From positions 38,609 through 102,608 of the forward strand of contig JBAMLY010000009.1 in the NCBI GenBank assembly GCA_039794045.1: a DNA stretch of 64,000 bases, in the 5' to 3' direction. Source of the DNA: Candidatus Micrarchaeia archaeon. Lineage in GTDB: Archaea > Micrarchaeota > Micrarchaeia > Norongarragalinales > UBA8480. The notes beneath the pieces were generated by a model. The model was not told where the DNA came from, did not search any database, and saw only the letters and a list, made by a program, of their open reading frames with translations. Of the stretch, positions 52,991 through 63,008 are shown one piece after another (position 1 is the first letter of the stretch; every line of letters starts with the position of its first letter). The position numbers were made by a program, and so were the translations under genes.

Positions 52991-54040
52991 ATGAAAATAA
53001 TTCGCTTTGACAGGAAAGAAGGCGTCATTAAAGTCGAGCCGCAGTCGGTAGAAGACTTGTGGTACCTCGCAAAAATAATTGGGGAAGGAGACTTCGTGGA
53101 AGGGCGTTCCTTCAGGCGCTTCAAGCCAGAGGGAGCAACGCAGGCAAGCTCTGGAGAAAAAAAGCCCGTGCGCGTCGAAGTACGCGTCGAAAAAACAGAG
53201 TTCGCCGAGCAAGCAAACAAGTTGAGGGTGACTGGCAAAATCGTTGCAGGCGAGCCAGAAGAATACTGTCCTCACGGAGACTACCACACCCTCGAAGTAG
53301 AGCCACGCCAAACCATAACCGTGAAAAAAAAGTTCGGCGCTTACGAGGAAGCCTTGCTCGACGAAGCCATGAAGCAGTCGCAGCACGTCAAAGCACTAAT
53401 AATAGCTATGGACGAAGAAAAAGCGGTTTCCGCGCAACTGAGAACTACTGGAATAAAGTTTGGCGCGGAATACTACTGCCACGCGAACAAGAGAGACCCT
53501 TCAAGCTTCGAAGAAAAACAAAAACACTTTTTCTCTGAAATCGCGGCGGCCTTAAAAGAAGCTGGGCAAGACAGTCACTTAGTGGTCGCCGGCCCAGGCT
53601 TCACGAAAGACGCCTTCAAGAAATACTTGACGGAAAAAAACCCTGCCCTCGCAAAGAAAATCTTGTGGGAGCACGCAGACAGCGCTGAACGCACAGCGGT
53701 TTACTCTTTGCTCAAGCAAGGCACCCTCGAAAAACTCTTGGGAGAACAAAAGCTTCAAACAGAGTTCGCTGCCCTCGAAAAACTCAAGGCAAGCATTGGG
53801 CGCGGCGACGGCTTGAGCGTTTACGGCTTGAGCGAAACCAGAGAGGCAGCCGCGAGCGGCGCCGTAGCAGAACTACTTGTTTTAGACGAGCTCGTGAGAA
53901 AAAACGAGGAAGCAAGAGAAGTAATGGAATTGGCGAGAAAAAACGGCGCAAAAATACTAGTGTTCAACTCAGAAGACGACGCCGGCGCTGAATTCAAGGC
54001 GTTCAAGATAGCGGCTCTCTTGCGCTACAAAACTTATTGA
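52991..54040 (+). CDS. pelA: Pelota/Dom34 ribosome rescue factor; start moved to MKIIRFD
   Basis: MKIIRFDRKEGVIKVEPQSVEDLWYLAKII N-terminus typical of aPelota, and an eRF1-like C-domain. Divergent from abce1. Confidence 0.9.
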   Translation: MKIIRFDRKEGVIKVEPQSVEDLWYLAKIIGEGDFVEGRSFRRFKPEGATQASSGEKKPVRVEVRVEKTEFAEQANKLRVTGKIVAGEPEEYCPHGDYHTLEVEPRQTITVKKKFGAYEEALLDEAMKQSQHVKALIIAMDEEKAVSAQLRTTGIKFGAEYYCHANKRDPSSFEEKQKHFFSEIAAALKEAGQDSHLVVAGPGFTKDAFKKYLTEKNPALAKKILWEHADSAERTAVYSLLKQGTLEKLLGEQKLQTEFAALEKLKASIGRGDGLSVYGLSETREAAASGAVAELLVLDELVRKNEEAREVMELARKNGAKILVFNSEDDAGAEFKAFKIAALLRYKTY

Positions 54041-54049
54041 GCGAGCGCG

Positions 54050-55063
54050 TCAAACGCCGCCGTTCCTTCCTCCAACCAAAACCATTTGAGCAAGCAGCGC
54101 CTCCAACTGAATTCGCTCGTCAGCTCCCTCGCTCATACGGAAGTCGTACTCCCCTATCTTGTCCACGAGAACAACCTTGTCTTTCTCAGGCAAGGAAAGC
54201 CCTCCAACTTCAGAGAAAACCTGTTTTATGACGTCCTCGCCAGACATCCCGTACTTGACGAGCAAGTCATCCAAAAACTTTCGCGCTTCCAAGAACTTGC
54301 CGTTCAACGCAAGCGAAACCATTTCCTTTATTTCCTTGGGGCGCGCACGAGAAGAAACCTTGTAGACGTCTTCCTCAGTTATCTTCTTGCCGGAAAGCGC
54401 TGCGGCTTGAAGGCAGTTCGTCGCCTTCCTCGCGTCCCCTGCGGCAACGTAGACTACCGCGTCCTCGGCTCCACCATCTAGTTTTAGCCCCTCGCTCTCG
54501 CAAATCCGCTTTATTATTTGGCGCACTTCCGCTTCCGAGAGGGGACTGAAGCGAAAGACGGCGCACCTGCTTTGAATTGGCTCTATTATCCTGCTGCTGT
54601 AATTGCAACTCAAAACAAAGCGCGTGTTAGATGAAAAGCGTTCCATCGTCCGCCTAAGCGCCTGCTGAGCGTCCGCGGTCATGGAGTCAGCTTCGTCAAG
54701 CAAAATCATCTTGAATGGAACGCTATTCAAAGGCAGCGTGCGCGCGAAGTCCTTTATTTTTCCCCTGACTACTTCAATGCCTCTCTCGTCTGAAGCGTTT
54801 AGTTCCAGAAAGCTTTGCTGGAAAGCGTCTCCGAACAACTGGCGCGCCAATGCCAAGGCGACCGTGGTCTTGCCCGTTCCCGCAGGACCAGAAAAAAGCA
54901 GGTGAGGCATGTTGCGTGCCTTCGCGTAAGCCTCCATTCGCTTTACTGCGGCAGCGTGCCCCACTACCTCTGAAAGTTTTTTGGGGCGGTATTTCTCTAC
55001 CCATGGCACGAAGTCTTGCTCGGTTTTAGGGTCAGTACTTTCAGTCAAACTAAAACACCGCAA
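54050..55063 (-). CDS. rfcS: Replication factor C small subunit
   Basis: PWVEKYRP, Walker A LLFSGPAGTGKTT, DEADSMT, SCNY and SRC motifs. Length 337 aa. Confidence 0.9.
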   Translation of the reverse strand: MRCFSLTESTDPKTEQDFVPWVEKYRPKKLSEVVGHAAAVKRMEAYAKARNMPHLLFSGPAGTGKTTVALALARQLFGDAFQQSFLELNASDERGIEVVRGKIKDFARTLPLNSVPFKMILLDEADSMTADAQQALRRTMERFSSNTRFVLSCNYSSRIIEPIQSRCAVFRFSPLSEAEVRQIIKRICESEGLKLDGGAEDAVVYVAAGDARKATNCLQAAALSGKKITEEDVYKVSSRARPKEIKEMVSLALNGKFLEARKFLDDLLVKYGMSGEDVIKQVFSEVGGLSLPEKDKVVLVDKIGEYDFRMSEGADERIQLEALLAQMVLVGGRNGGV

Positions 55064-55150
55064 AAAGCCACGCTAGAATAATGCGCGGAACGATTTTAAA
55101 TACGTGGAGGAGTCGCCGAATATTTATAATTTGAGTTACACGATTAAGGC

Positions 55151-56407
55151 ATGCGAGTATTCATTGAAACTTATGGCTGCACCTTCAACCAAGCGGACTC
55201 GGACGCTCTCGCGAACGCGCTCAAGAAAGCAGGGCACTGCGAGACTGAAAGCGAGAAAAACGCGGACTTGATTGTTGTAAACTCTTGCGGAGTTAAAAAC
55301 GCTACTGAACAGCGAATCCTGTTGCGCTTGCGGAACCTGCGCGGAAAACGCGTTCTCGTCACCGGCTGCCTGGCGCAAGCCGACCCTGCAAAGCTATTGA
55401 AAGCAAACCCCGAAATTTCATTGCTTGGAACCTTCTCTCAAAAAGAATTCGTGAAAGCAGCCGAGGCAACGCTTCAAGGAAGGCAAGTGAAAATCCTTTC
55501 AAGAAAAGGCTTCGCTGAACCAGTAGTGCGAGTAGAGAACGCGAAAGCAAGAATCCAGGTGGCGAGAGGGTGCCTGGGAGAATGCTCGTTCTGCCAAACC
55601 AAGCTCGCACGCGGCACCTTAGAAAGCATTCCGGCCAAGAAAGTGGTTCGATTGTGCGAGCAAGCCGTCAAGGCCGGAGCAAAAGAAATCCAGTTAACCG
55701 CCCAAGATACTGGCTGCTACGGTTTCGACCGCAGAGACAGCGTTCTCTTGCCCGACCTCGTAAAAAGAGTTTGCGCGATTACAGGAAGGTTCAGGACCAG
55801 AATAGGAATGATGAACCCCCAGCACGCCAAGAAAATACTTTCTCGGTTGCTGGAAGCATACGAGGACGAGAAAGTATTCAAGTTCCTTCACTTGCCCCTT
55901 CAAAGCGGCAGCGACGCCGTCTTGCGTGAAATGAAGCGCCACCACTCGGCGCGAGACTTCCTCGAAGCCGCCGCAGCATTCCGCAAAAAATTTCCTTTGG
56001 GTACGCTTGCCACTGACGTAATAATTGGTTTTCCAGGAGAAAGCGAGCAAGACTTCTGCGAGACCCTGTCAGTGCTCAGAAAAGCAATGCCAGACTGCGT
56101 CAACATCTCGCGTTACAGCGCGCGGCCCAAGACACCGGCCGCTGGAATGAAGCAGTTAAGCAACGAAACAATAAACCGCCGCACTCGCGAGTGCAGCGAG
56201 TTGTGCAGGGCTATTGCACGGCAACGCAACCAACAAAGAATCGGGGAAAGTGGAGTAGTGCTCGTCACAGAAAAGCAAGAAAAAGCTTGGCTGTCGCGCG
56301 ACGAAAACTACGCGCCCATCTTGTTGAGGAAGGGAAGAGAAGGCGAGTTCGTGAGAGCGCGAATAATTGGTTCTGCAGAAAGAGTGTTGAAAGGGGAAAG
56401 GATTTGA
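55151..56407 (+). CDS. MiaB-like tRNA methylthiotransferase (archaeal MtaB/CDKAL1 type)
   Basis: N-terminal MTTase Cys (ETYGCTFN), radical SAM CLGECSFCQT, and a C-terminal TRAM-like domain. Length 418 aa. Confidence 0.85.
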   Translation: MRVFIETYGCTFNQADSDALANALKKAGHCETESEKNADLIVVNSCGVKNATEQRILLRLRNLRGKRVLVTGCLAQADPAKLLKANPEISLLGTFSQKEFVKAAEATLQGRQVKILSRKGFAEPVVRVENAKARIQVARGCLGECSFCQTKLARGTLESIPAKKVVRLCEQAVKAGAKEIQLTAQDTGCYGFDRRDSVLLPDLVKRVCAITGRFRTRIGMMNPQHAKKILSRLLEAYEDEKVFKFLHLPLQSGSDAVLREMKRHHSARDFLEAAAAFRKKFPLGTLATDVIIGFPGESEQDFCETLSVLRKAMPDCVNISRYSARPKTPAAGMKQLSNETINRRTRECSELCRAIARQRNQQRIGESGVVLVTEKQEKAWLSRDENYAPILLRKGREGEFVRARIIGSAERVLKGERI

Positions 56408-57180
56408 TTGAAGCGAAAGCCAAAAAAGTGCTCGTCGAGTCAAGGCTCGCGGACTACTGCGTAAACCCCTATTCTGGATGCGAGCACGCCTGCAAGTACT
56501 GCTACGTTCCAAGAATGCCTTGGAACAAAAAAAGAGCAGAGGCTAGGACAGGCAAGGAATTGCCAGAGACCTGGGCTTCCGACAGTGTTTCAGTTAAAAT
56601 CAACGCCTCAGAAGTCCTAGAAAAAGAATTGAGGAAAGCACGTCCCGGCACGGTAATGGTGAGCACTTCATGCGATGCTTGGCAGCCAGCAGAAGAAAAA
56701 TACGGCGTGACTAGAAAGTGCTTGGTCGTCCTCGCCGAAAAAGATTTTCCGTTGGTGGTGCTCACGAAGTCGCCTCTGGTGTTGCGCGACGCTAGCTTGC
56801 TGAAAAAATTTTCGCGTGCTTCAATCGGCTTCACTGTTTCAACTGACGACGACGCGGTAGCGGCAGCCCTTGAACCGAAAGCCGCGCCGCCAAGCGCTAG
56901 GATTGAAGCGCTCGACGCACTCAAGAAAGAAGGCCTCGAAACTTATGCCTTCATAGGGCCTTTGCTGCCCTTGAATGCCGCGAGGCTAGCAGAAAAACTG
57001 GCTGGAAAAATAGATTATGCCTTCATAGACCGATTGAATTACGTGGATGAAAGCCTAACAAGAGAGCTCGAGCGCCTTGGCTTAAGTGATTGCGCGAAAG
57101 TTGAGTGGAGCAAAGCAAGAAAACAAGAGCTGGAAAAAGAGCTGGCTAGGCAAGGAATTGAAGCGAAGGCGTTGTTCTAG
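56404..57180 (+). CDS. Radical SAM protein, SplB/DNA-repair-photolyase-like (COG1533); TTG start overlapping the upstream stop
   Basis: [14 protein letters not shown] (CxxxCxxC). The ORF-track N-terminal extension (56191-56403) overlaps the MiaB-like gene in another frame and was discarded. Confidence 0.65.
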   Translation: MIEAKAKKVLVESRLADYCVNPYSGCEHACKYCYVPRMPWNKKRAEARTGKELPETWASDSVSVKINASEVLEKELRKARPGTVMVSTSCDAWQPAEEKYGVTRKCLVVLAEKDFPLVVLTKSPLVLRDASLLKKFSRASIGFTVSTDDDAVAAALEPKAAPPSARIEALDALKKEGLETYAFIGPLLPLNAARLAEKLAGKIDYAFIDRLNYVDESLTRELERLGLSDCAKVEWSKARKQELEKELARQGIEAKALF

Positions 57181-57524
57181 CCCACTCTCGTGCCTTCTGG
57201 AACATCTTTTTCTGGGGAGAGCAACACTACTTTTGACTCTCCTTCAGTCACCGCCGCCAAAAGCATTCCTTTAGACTCAACGCCCCTAATCACGCGTGGG
57301 GCGAGGTTCGCCACCACAACTATCTTTTTTCCGACGAGTTCCTCGGGAGAGTAGTGAAGACCAATGCCTGCAGCGATGGTGCGTTCCTCGCCGCCAAGCG
57401 ATACAGTAAGCTTCAATAGCTTGTCAGCGCCAGCAATTTTTTCAGCGGAAATTATTTTAGCGACCCTCAAGTCAAGCTTCGCGAAATCCTGGAAAACTAT
57501 TTGCTCCAACAAAACCACTCCCAA
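57177..57524 (-). CDS. tRNA-binding protein (Trbp111/CsaA-like EMAP/Myf domain)
   Basis: [41 protein letters not shown] is typical of the MetRS C-terminal-like tRNA-binding OB domain. Confidence 0.8.
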   Translation of the reverse strand: MGVVLLEQIVFQDFAKLDLRVAKIISAEKIAGADKLLKLTVSLGGEERTIAAGIGLHYSPEELVGKKIVVVANLAPRVIRGVESKGMLLAAVTEGESKVVLLSPEKDVPEGTRVG

Positions 57525-57552
57525 ACAAAAATTTAGCGCTTTGCTTTATAAA

Positions 57553-58461
57553 TCACTCTAGGAACTCGACCGCGTCTACTACCCCGTCGCCGTCCTCGTC
57601 GAATCCTTCCACGACGCGCGCGAAAACACTGGAACTACGCGAGTTTCCTTTCTCGACTTCGCTCAAGTGCTTTGCGATGGCGAGGACTGCAGCACGCGTT
57701 CCAGAGTGATTCAAGCCACCCACGAGCAACAGCTTGCGCATGCGGTTGAAGGGACTTTCAACTAATTCTATCACGCCCACGTTCTCCGAATACCTTTTGC
57801 CGCTCAAGTCACTTTCCACTCCAGAAAAACTCTTGTTGAACCGCACTGGCAGGAAAGGGTTTGCTTCAGCAACCAATAAGTTGACTTTCGGTCCGCCCAC
57901 GAGCAACAAGTTCTGCTTCCTGTGAGACTCCCTCACTTCAGTGTCCAACAAGTAAAGCGGAAAAGAAAAAGACGCGAAAGCACCCAAAACCATTGCTATT
58001 TCCGCCGCGCACAAGTCGCTGCCCCTCATGCGGAACGGGCCGTGCGGGTCAGGAGAGCCTACCACCATCTTGCCGTCGAACACTCCTCCGCTCACGAACG
58101 GCTTGAAAAAAGAAGGAGGTTTTTGGGTGCGGGCAAGAAAAGGCTTCCACGCCGAATCATTCAAAACAAGAGCCAAACCGTCGGCAGCCACAGCGTACTT
58201 TTTTGCGAGCGCGCCACCTTTCTCCTCGTATTCCACTAACTTAACCAAGCCAGCGCGCTGAAGCAAGCGAACATGGTAGTAAAGCGTTTGCACTTGCTCC
58301 CCCATTTCTTTGGCGAGTTGAGCAGGATACTTTGGCTCGCACGCGAGGGCACGCAAGATACGCAGCCTGTCAGCAGACAAGTTGTGCAGCGCCGCTTCCT
58401 CTACCAACTTCACTGAAACGCTTTTATCTTCCACTACGAGCTTACCTTCCACCAACAACAC
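57553..58461 (-). CDS. Winged-HTH (ArsR-like) regulator fused to a 200-aa C-terminal domain of unknown function
   Basis: N-terminus LSADRLRILRALACEPKYPAQLAKEMGEQVQTLYYHVRLLQRAGLV. The C-terminal half is unassigned. Confidence 0.5.
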   Translation of the reverse strand: MLLVEGKLVVEDKSVSVKLVEEAALHNLSADRLRILRALACEPKYPAQLAKEMGEQVQTLYYHVRLLQRAGLVKLVEYEEKGGALAKKYAVAADGLALVLNDSAWKPFLARTQKPPSFFKPFVSGGVFDGKMVVGSPDPHGPFRMRGSDLCAAEIAMVLGAFASFSFPLYLLDTEVRESHRKQNLLLVGGPKVNLLVAEANPFLPVRFNKSFSGVESDLSGKRYSENVGVIELVESPFNRMRKLLLVGGLNHSGTRAAVLAIAKHLSEVEKGNSRSSSVFARVVEGFDEDGDGVVDAVEFLE

Positions 58462-58671
58462 CTTTTTTTAAAAACTTAATAATAATGCAAAAACTTTTTT
58501 AAAAAAATGCGTTTTTTACTCAAAAAATTTTAAAGTATTTCAAATCAAGAAAAAAATGAATTTATTGGGGTATAAAAACAATGCCATTGAACTGTTTCAG
58601 GCAATGCGTTAAACGCGAAGCAAAAAAGGGAAGGCGTTGTAAAGCGCCTCCCCTTATCCCCCCTGATTTTC

Positions 58672-59877
58672 ATGGCATGCAAGTTCGTTGTCCTCGCAGC
58701 AGGAAGCGGCACCCGCCTTTGGCCAATCACTGAAGAATACCCCAAACCGTTAGCGCGAGTGCTCGGCAAGCCATTGCTTGGCTGGATTCTTGACGCCATA
58801 GCGCCCGCAGCAAAAGAAATAGTGGTCGTAGTCGGCGCGAAACAAGAAAAAATAAGAGAGTACGTGGCGGGAACGCCTCACGCGCGAAAGACTTCCTTTG
58901 CCGTGCAAGAAAAACAGTTGGGCACAGGGCACGCCATCCTTCAAGCCGCTTCCTTGTTCGACGACGACTTCGTAGTATTGAATGGCGACTTCTTCGCATC
59001 CCAAAAATTTTATTCGTTGTTGCGCGAGAACGCTGGAAAGAACTTTTTCGTGGCAGCAAAACGCGTTGCAGATGGAAGCCGCTACGGCGTGATAAGCGAG
59101 GAAAACGGTTTTTTCAAGAAAATACGCGAAAAGCCGGCCAACGCGCGCAACTGCCTTGCAAACACTGGCGCGTTCTTTGTGCCAGCCGAGTTCAAGAAGT
59201 TCTTGAAAGCGTTAAAGCCTTCGCCGCGCGGGGAACTCGAGGCAACCGACGCCTTGAATGCGTTCGCGGAAAAAAACGACTTAAAAGTGCTCGAGTTCGA
59301 CGGCTACTGGGACGACATAGGAAGCTACTGGAATCTTGTTGACGCCAACTTGTTCGCAGTAACAGAGTGTGGCCGCCCTTGCGTGGGCAAAGCCAGCGAC
59401 AAAGCCGTTTTGAAAGGCAAAGTCATCTTAGAAGAGGGCGCGAGAATCTTGGACGGCGCAGTAGTAGAAGGGCCTTCCTGGATTGCAGCGAACTCCGTCG
59501 TTAAAGGCAGCGCAAAAATAACGCGCGCAGTCATAGAAGAAAACTGTTTCGTGAGCGACTCACAAATAACTGGCTCTCTCTTAATGCGGGAAAGCAAGTG
59601 CACTAAAAGCAATGTATTCAATTCCGTGTTATGCGAGAACTCACTCGTTGAAGGAGCACTGCTTTCAGCGCGAGAGAATGGCTCTCCACCAATACTCGAA
59701 GTAAACAACAAAAAAATTGAGTGCGGCGACAGAGCAGTTGGAAGCGTGGTGGGAGCGCGAGCTAAAGTGCTGGCCGGCGCGAGAGTGAAGGGCGGTTCGC
59801 TCGTTGGCGTTGACTGCGTGGTGGGCAAGCAAGCAACAGTGCAAGGAAGCGTTCCCTCGCGCACCACAATTACTTGA
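58672..59877 (+). CDS. Bifunctional sugar-1-phosphate nucleotidyltransferase with left-handed beta-helix domain (GlmU-like)
   Basis: VLAAGSGTRLWPITEEYPKPL NTP-transferase motif, plus C-terminal hexapeptide repeats. Confidence 0.8.
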   Translation: MACKFVVLAAGSGTRLWPITEEYPKPLARVLGKPLLGWILDAIAPAAKEIVVVVGAKQEKIREYVAGTPHARKTSFAVQEKQLGTGHAILQAASLFDDDFVVLNGDFFASQKFYSLLRENAGKNFFVAAKRVADGSRYGVISEENGFFKKIREKPANARNCLANTGAFFVPAEFKKFLKALKPSPRGELEATDALNAFAEKNDLKVLEFDGYWDDIGSYWNLVDANLFAVTECGRPCVGKASDKAVLKGKVILEEGARILDGAVVEGPSWIAANSVVKGSAKITRAVIEENCFVSDSQITGSLLMRESKCTKSNVFNSVLCENSLVEGALLSARENGSPPILEVNNKKIECGDRAVGSVVGARAKVLAGARVKGGSLVGVDCVVGKQATVQGSVPSRTTIT

Positions 59878-61816
59878 ATAAAGGCCTCCTAGACAAGTGG
59901 TCTGGCAGCGTGCACCGCTCGAAGGGCTTGCCCGAAGTTTCTCCTTTTACCAAGTCGCTTAACTGCTGGGGGGAAAGCCTTTCATTCTTGCCGCTCGACC
60001 GAACTCTGACGCTCAAAGTGTTCGAGGCCGCTTCTTTCTCGCCAACTACTGCAATAAAAGGAATCCACTCGTGTTCCGCGTCACGAATTTTTTTCTGGAG
60101 CGTCTCGCTGCGGTCATCGACGTCAGCGCGAATGCGGCAGGGCGGCGCGTTCAAGAGCTTGAGCACTTCTTCAGCGTACTGCTTCTGCTTGTCAGTGATT
60201 GGAATTATGCGCACTTGAATTGGGGCAAGCCACAACGGAAACGAGGGCGTCTTGCCAGCCGCTATCTTCATTGCCTCGCGCTCCAGTATCGCGTAAAGCA
60301 CGCGGTCTATCGCTCCGCTTATCGAGGCGTGAAGGATGACGGGGCGCTTTTTCTTGCCGTCTGAGTCAATGAAAGCCAAGTCATAAGTTTCAGCGTTTTC
60401 AACGTCTATTTGCACGGTGCTGAGGCCTGAAGCCTTGCCGGCCGCGTCCACGAAATTCATCTCGAATTTTGTGATGAAGTAAGCGTAGCGCACGTCAAAG
60501 ACTTCAAGCAAGATTGGCTTGTTTATTTTTTGAACCATGCGCAAATACCAGTCCTTGTTTTCTTCAAAGAAGTCTTTCTGCGCCCTGAAAGCAACTTCTA
60601 CTGGAATCCCTAAGTCCATGTTCCACTCGGCGCACTTGTAGTACTGCTTCTCGAACTCTTTCTTCGCCATCTCCAAGTCCGCGGCGACCGTGTGCATGTC
60701 GGGCATCGTGAAACAACGCAAGCGCTTCAAGCCGGCTAGCTCGCCTGACTGCTCGCGGCGGAATGAATAGTGCGTTAGCTCGTACATTTTAAGTGGAAGG
60801 TCTTTGTATGAGATGTTCATGTCGTGCTTTATGAGGAACTGGCCAAAGCACGCCGCAAAGCGCAGGAAGAACTCTTTATCGTCAGAGCGCACTACATACT
60901 GTCGTGCGGGAAAGCGATTCAAGTACTTCTTGAGCGCAGGGTGGTCGTAGTCGTACATTATCGGCGTCTCCACCTGCATTGCGCCGTAATCAACCACTAA
61001 GTCGGTTATCGCGCGCTCCAACAACTTTTTAATGACTAATCCTTTTGGAAGCCAGCGCAAGTTCCCCGAGTCACTGGCTGGCTCGTAATTCACTAAATCG
61101 TGTTCCTTCATCAACTTAATGTGAGGCGGTTCTTGGGCGTAAACACGGGCTTTGTGAATCTCGTAGTCAGCGAACTTCTTCAAGTTTTCGTGCCCAGAGA
61201 AATCAAACTTACTTGCCTCAACTAGTTCTCCTTTCGGCGTTAAAACGTAGAAGCGGCTATTCATTTTCTCTTCTTGCTTGAGGGACTCGCTGACTACTGA
61301 TTCTACCTCTGTTTTTTTCTGTGGCTCCACTGAAACCTCGCGCGCTTCCACGACTCCCTTGCCTGCAGCCTTCAAAACAACTTTTTTCCCTGCCTCGGCT
61401 GAAATGTGTTTGCTCAACTCGCTTAACGGGTGCCCCTTGCACTTTATCTCAAACGACTTGTACCAGCCAAATGGGCTCTTGTGCGCTTTCGGCGCGAACT
61501 TCTGGCACGCCGCGTAAAACTTGTTCAAGAGCTTTACCGCCTCAGGGGGCTTGGCGAGGTCGCTTGACAAGTGCGCGTAAGGATAAACTAACAAGTTCTC
61601 GGCTTTCACTTCCCTGTAGTTTTTCTTGACTTCCTCCGCCGCCTCCCTCACTACTTCTTCGTTGTCTTCAGACTCAATGGAAGTGAACACCACCAAAACG
61701 TTTTCAAGCCTCACTCCACGCCGCTGCTCTTCAGTAGCTTCCTCTGCACCCTTCTTTATTGCTTTCTCGCGGGCAGCGTATTGCGCGTAGTCGCAGTGCA
61801 GTTCCAATAACTTCAT
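59870..61816 (-). CDS. thrS: Threonine--tRNA ligase (archaeal type with N-terminal editing domain); start moved to MKLLELHCDY
   Basis: N-terminus resembles the archaeal ThrRS editing domain. Class II core with motif 2 (RCFTMPDMH), then an anticodon-binding domain. Confidence 0.8.
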   Translation of the reverse strand: MKLLELHCDYAQYAAREKAIKKGAEEATEEQRRGVRLENVLVVFTSIESEDNEEVVREAAEEVKKNYREVKAENLLVYPYAHLSSDLAKPPEAVKLLNKFYAACQKFAPKAHKSPFGWYKSFEIKCKGHPLSELSKHISAEAGKKVVLKAAGKGVVEAREVSVEPQKKTEVESVVSESLKQEEKMNSRFYVLTPKGELVEASKFDFSGHENLKKFADYEIHKARVYAQEPPHIKLMKEHDLVNYEPASDSGNLRWLPKGLVIKKLLERAITDLVVDYGAMQVETPIMYDYDHPALKKYLNRFPARQYVVRSDDKEFFLRFAACFGQFLIKHDMNISYKDLPLKMYELTHYSFRREQSGELAGLKRLRCFTMPDMHTVAADLEMAKKEFEKQYYKCAEWNMDLGIPVEVAFRAQKDFFEENKDWYLRMVQKINKPILLEVFDVRYAYFITKFEMNFVDAAGKASGLSTVQIDVENAETYDLAFIDSDGKKKRPVILHASISGAIDRVLYAILEREAMKIAAGKTPSFPLWLAPIQVRIIPITDKQKQYAEEVLKLLNAPPCRIRADVDDRSETLQKKIRDAEHEWIPFIAVVGEKEAASNTLSVRVRSSGKNERLSPQQLSDLVKGETSGKPFERCTLPDHLSRRPLFK

Positions 61817-61865
61817 TAAACCACCAATATCCCTCAATCAAATAAGCGGCTTCTTTTTTATTTCG

Positions 61866-63008
61866 TTACGCGGCAAGGATTTTTGCGACTATTTCCTTGG
61901 AGTCGAACTCCACTAAGTCGCCGTAATCTTGCCCCATTCCAACAAACAAAACAGGCAGCTTAGTCTCAAAAGCAATCGAAATAGAATTGCCTCCCTTCGC
62001 GTCGCAGTCGAGCTTCGTCAACACAAGGGCATCCACTCCAACCGCTTTCGAAAACTCTTTCACTTGCTCTACCAAGGCATTGCCAGCAATTGCTTCACCA
62101 ACGAAAACCTTCAAGTCAGGCTTTATCACTCGGCTTATCTTCTCCATTTCCTTCAACAAGTTCGCATTCGTTTCCTGCCTTCCAGCCGTGTCCACCAACA
62201 CCACGTCAACCTTGCTGGCTTTCGCGTGAGAAACAGCGTCGAAAGCCACTGCGGCTGGGTCGGCGCCATAACCCTGCCTGATTACTTTAACGCCAAGCTT
62301 TTCCCCGTGGTGAATTGCTTGCTCTAACGCGGCAGCGCGGAAAGTGTCGCTAGCGCTTATGACGCACGAAAAGCCTTTTTGCTTCAAGCGCCAAGCTATC
62401 TTCGCAATCGTGGTGGTCTTGCCCGCCCCATTTGGGCCCATGAACAAAACGACGAACGGCCTTCCCTGCGCCCGCGCCGCCTCAACGCGTTCCACTAAAT
62501 CGATTTTTGGAGTAGAGGAGAGAATGGATTCAAGCGCCAACGCGATTTCAGCCTTTATTGCCTCGCTCAAGCGCTCCCTGAAAAACTTTTTGCCGATTAT
62601 TCGCTTCTTCAAGTCGGCGACCAGAAACTGCGCAGCGTCAAAAGAAACATCGCTTTCAAGCAAAGCCACTTCAAGTTCGTCGAACAACTGCCGAGTTTCA
62701 GCCTCGCTTACTGACACTTCCCCCGAAAAAACGCTTTTTATTTTAGTGAAGGCGCTGAGCTTCGGCGTCAAGTCGCGTTGTTCTTGTGACTCGATGAAAG
62801 CAGGCGACTGGCTTGGTTCAGTCACTGTTTTGCGTTCGTTTTCTTGGGGGGGCTCGCTCGCCTGCTGGACAGGCTGCCTGGCTTCCTGCACGGAATCCAG
62901 CGCTTGCACTTTATCTGTAGGCGATTCCTCTTTCTTGCCCGCAATAGTTGAAACGAATGAAGACAATTTTTTCTTCAGCAAGTCAAACAATTCAGTTACC
63001 CCGACCAC
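61866..63008 (-). CDS. ftsY: Signal recognition particle receptor FtsY
   Basis: Acidic N-domain, then SRP-GTPase motifs GPNGAGKTTT, DTAGR and TKLD. Length 380 aa. Confidence 0.9.
   Translation of the reverse strand: MVGVTELFDLLKKKLSSFVSTIAGKKEESPTDKVQALDSVQEARQPVQQASEPPQENERKTVTEPSQSPAFIESQEQRDLTPKLSAFTKIKSVFSGEVSVSEAETRQLFDELEVALLESDVSFDAAQFLVADLKKRIIGKKFFRERLSEAIKAEIALALESILSSTPKIDLVERVEAARAQGRPFVVLFMGPNGAGKTTTIAKIAWRLKQKGFSCVISASDTFRAAALEQAIHHGEKLGVKVIRQGYGADPAAVAFDAVSHAKASKVDVVLVDTAGRQETNANLLKEMEKISRVIKPDLKVFVGEAIAGNALVEQVKEFSKAVGVDALVLTKLDCDAKGGNSISIAFETKLPVLFVGMGQDYGDLVEFDSKEIVAKILAA

Noticed and set aside
56191-56403. N-terminal 71 codons of the ORF-track radical SAM ORF
   Set aside because: They overlap the 3' end of the MiaB-like gene in another frame. 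A TTG start at 56404 overlapping the MiaB stop fits the coupling pattern used elsewhere in this window.
61817-61837. Seven extra N-terminal codons on the ThrRS ORF (MRDIGGL)
   Set aside because: Archaeal ThrRS proteins begin M-[KR]-[ILV]-L-L-I-H-[SC]-D-Y, which matches MKLLELHCDY at the second Met. This is a minor start-site adjustment only.
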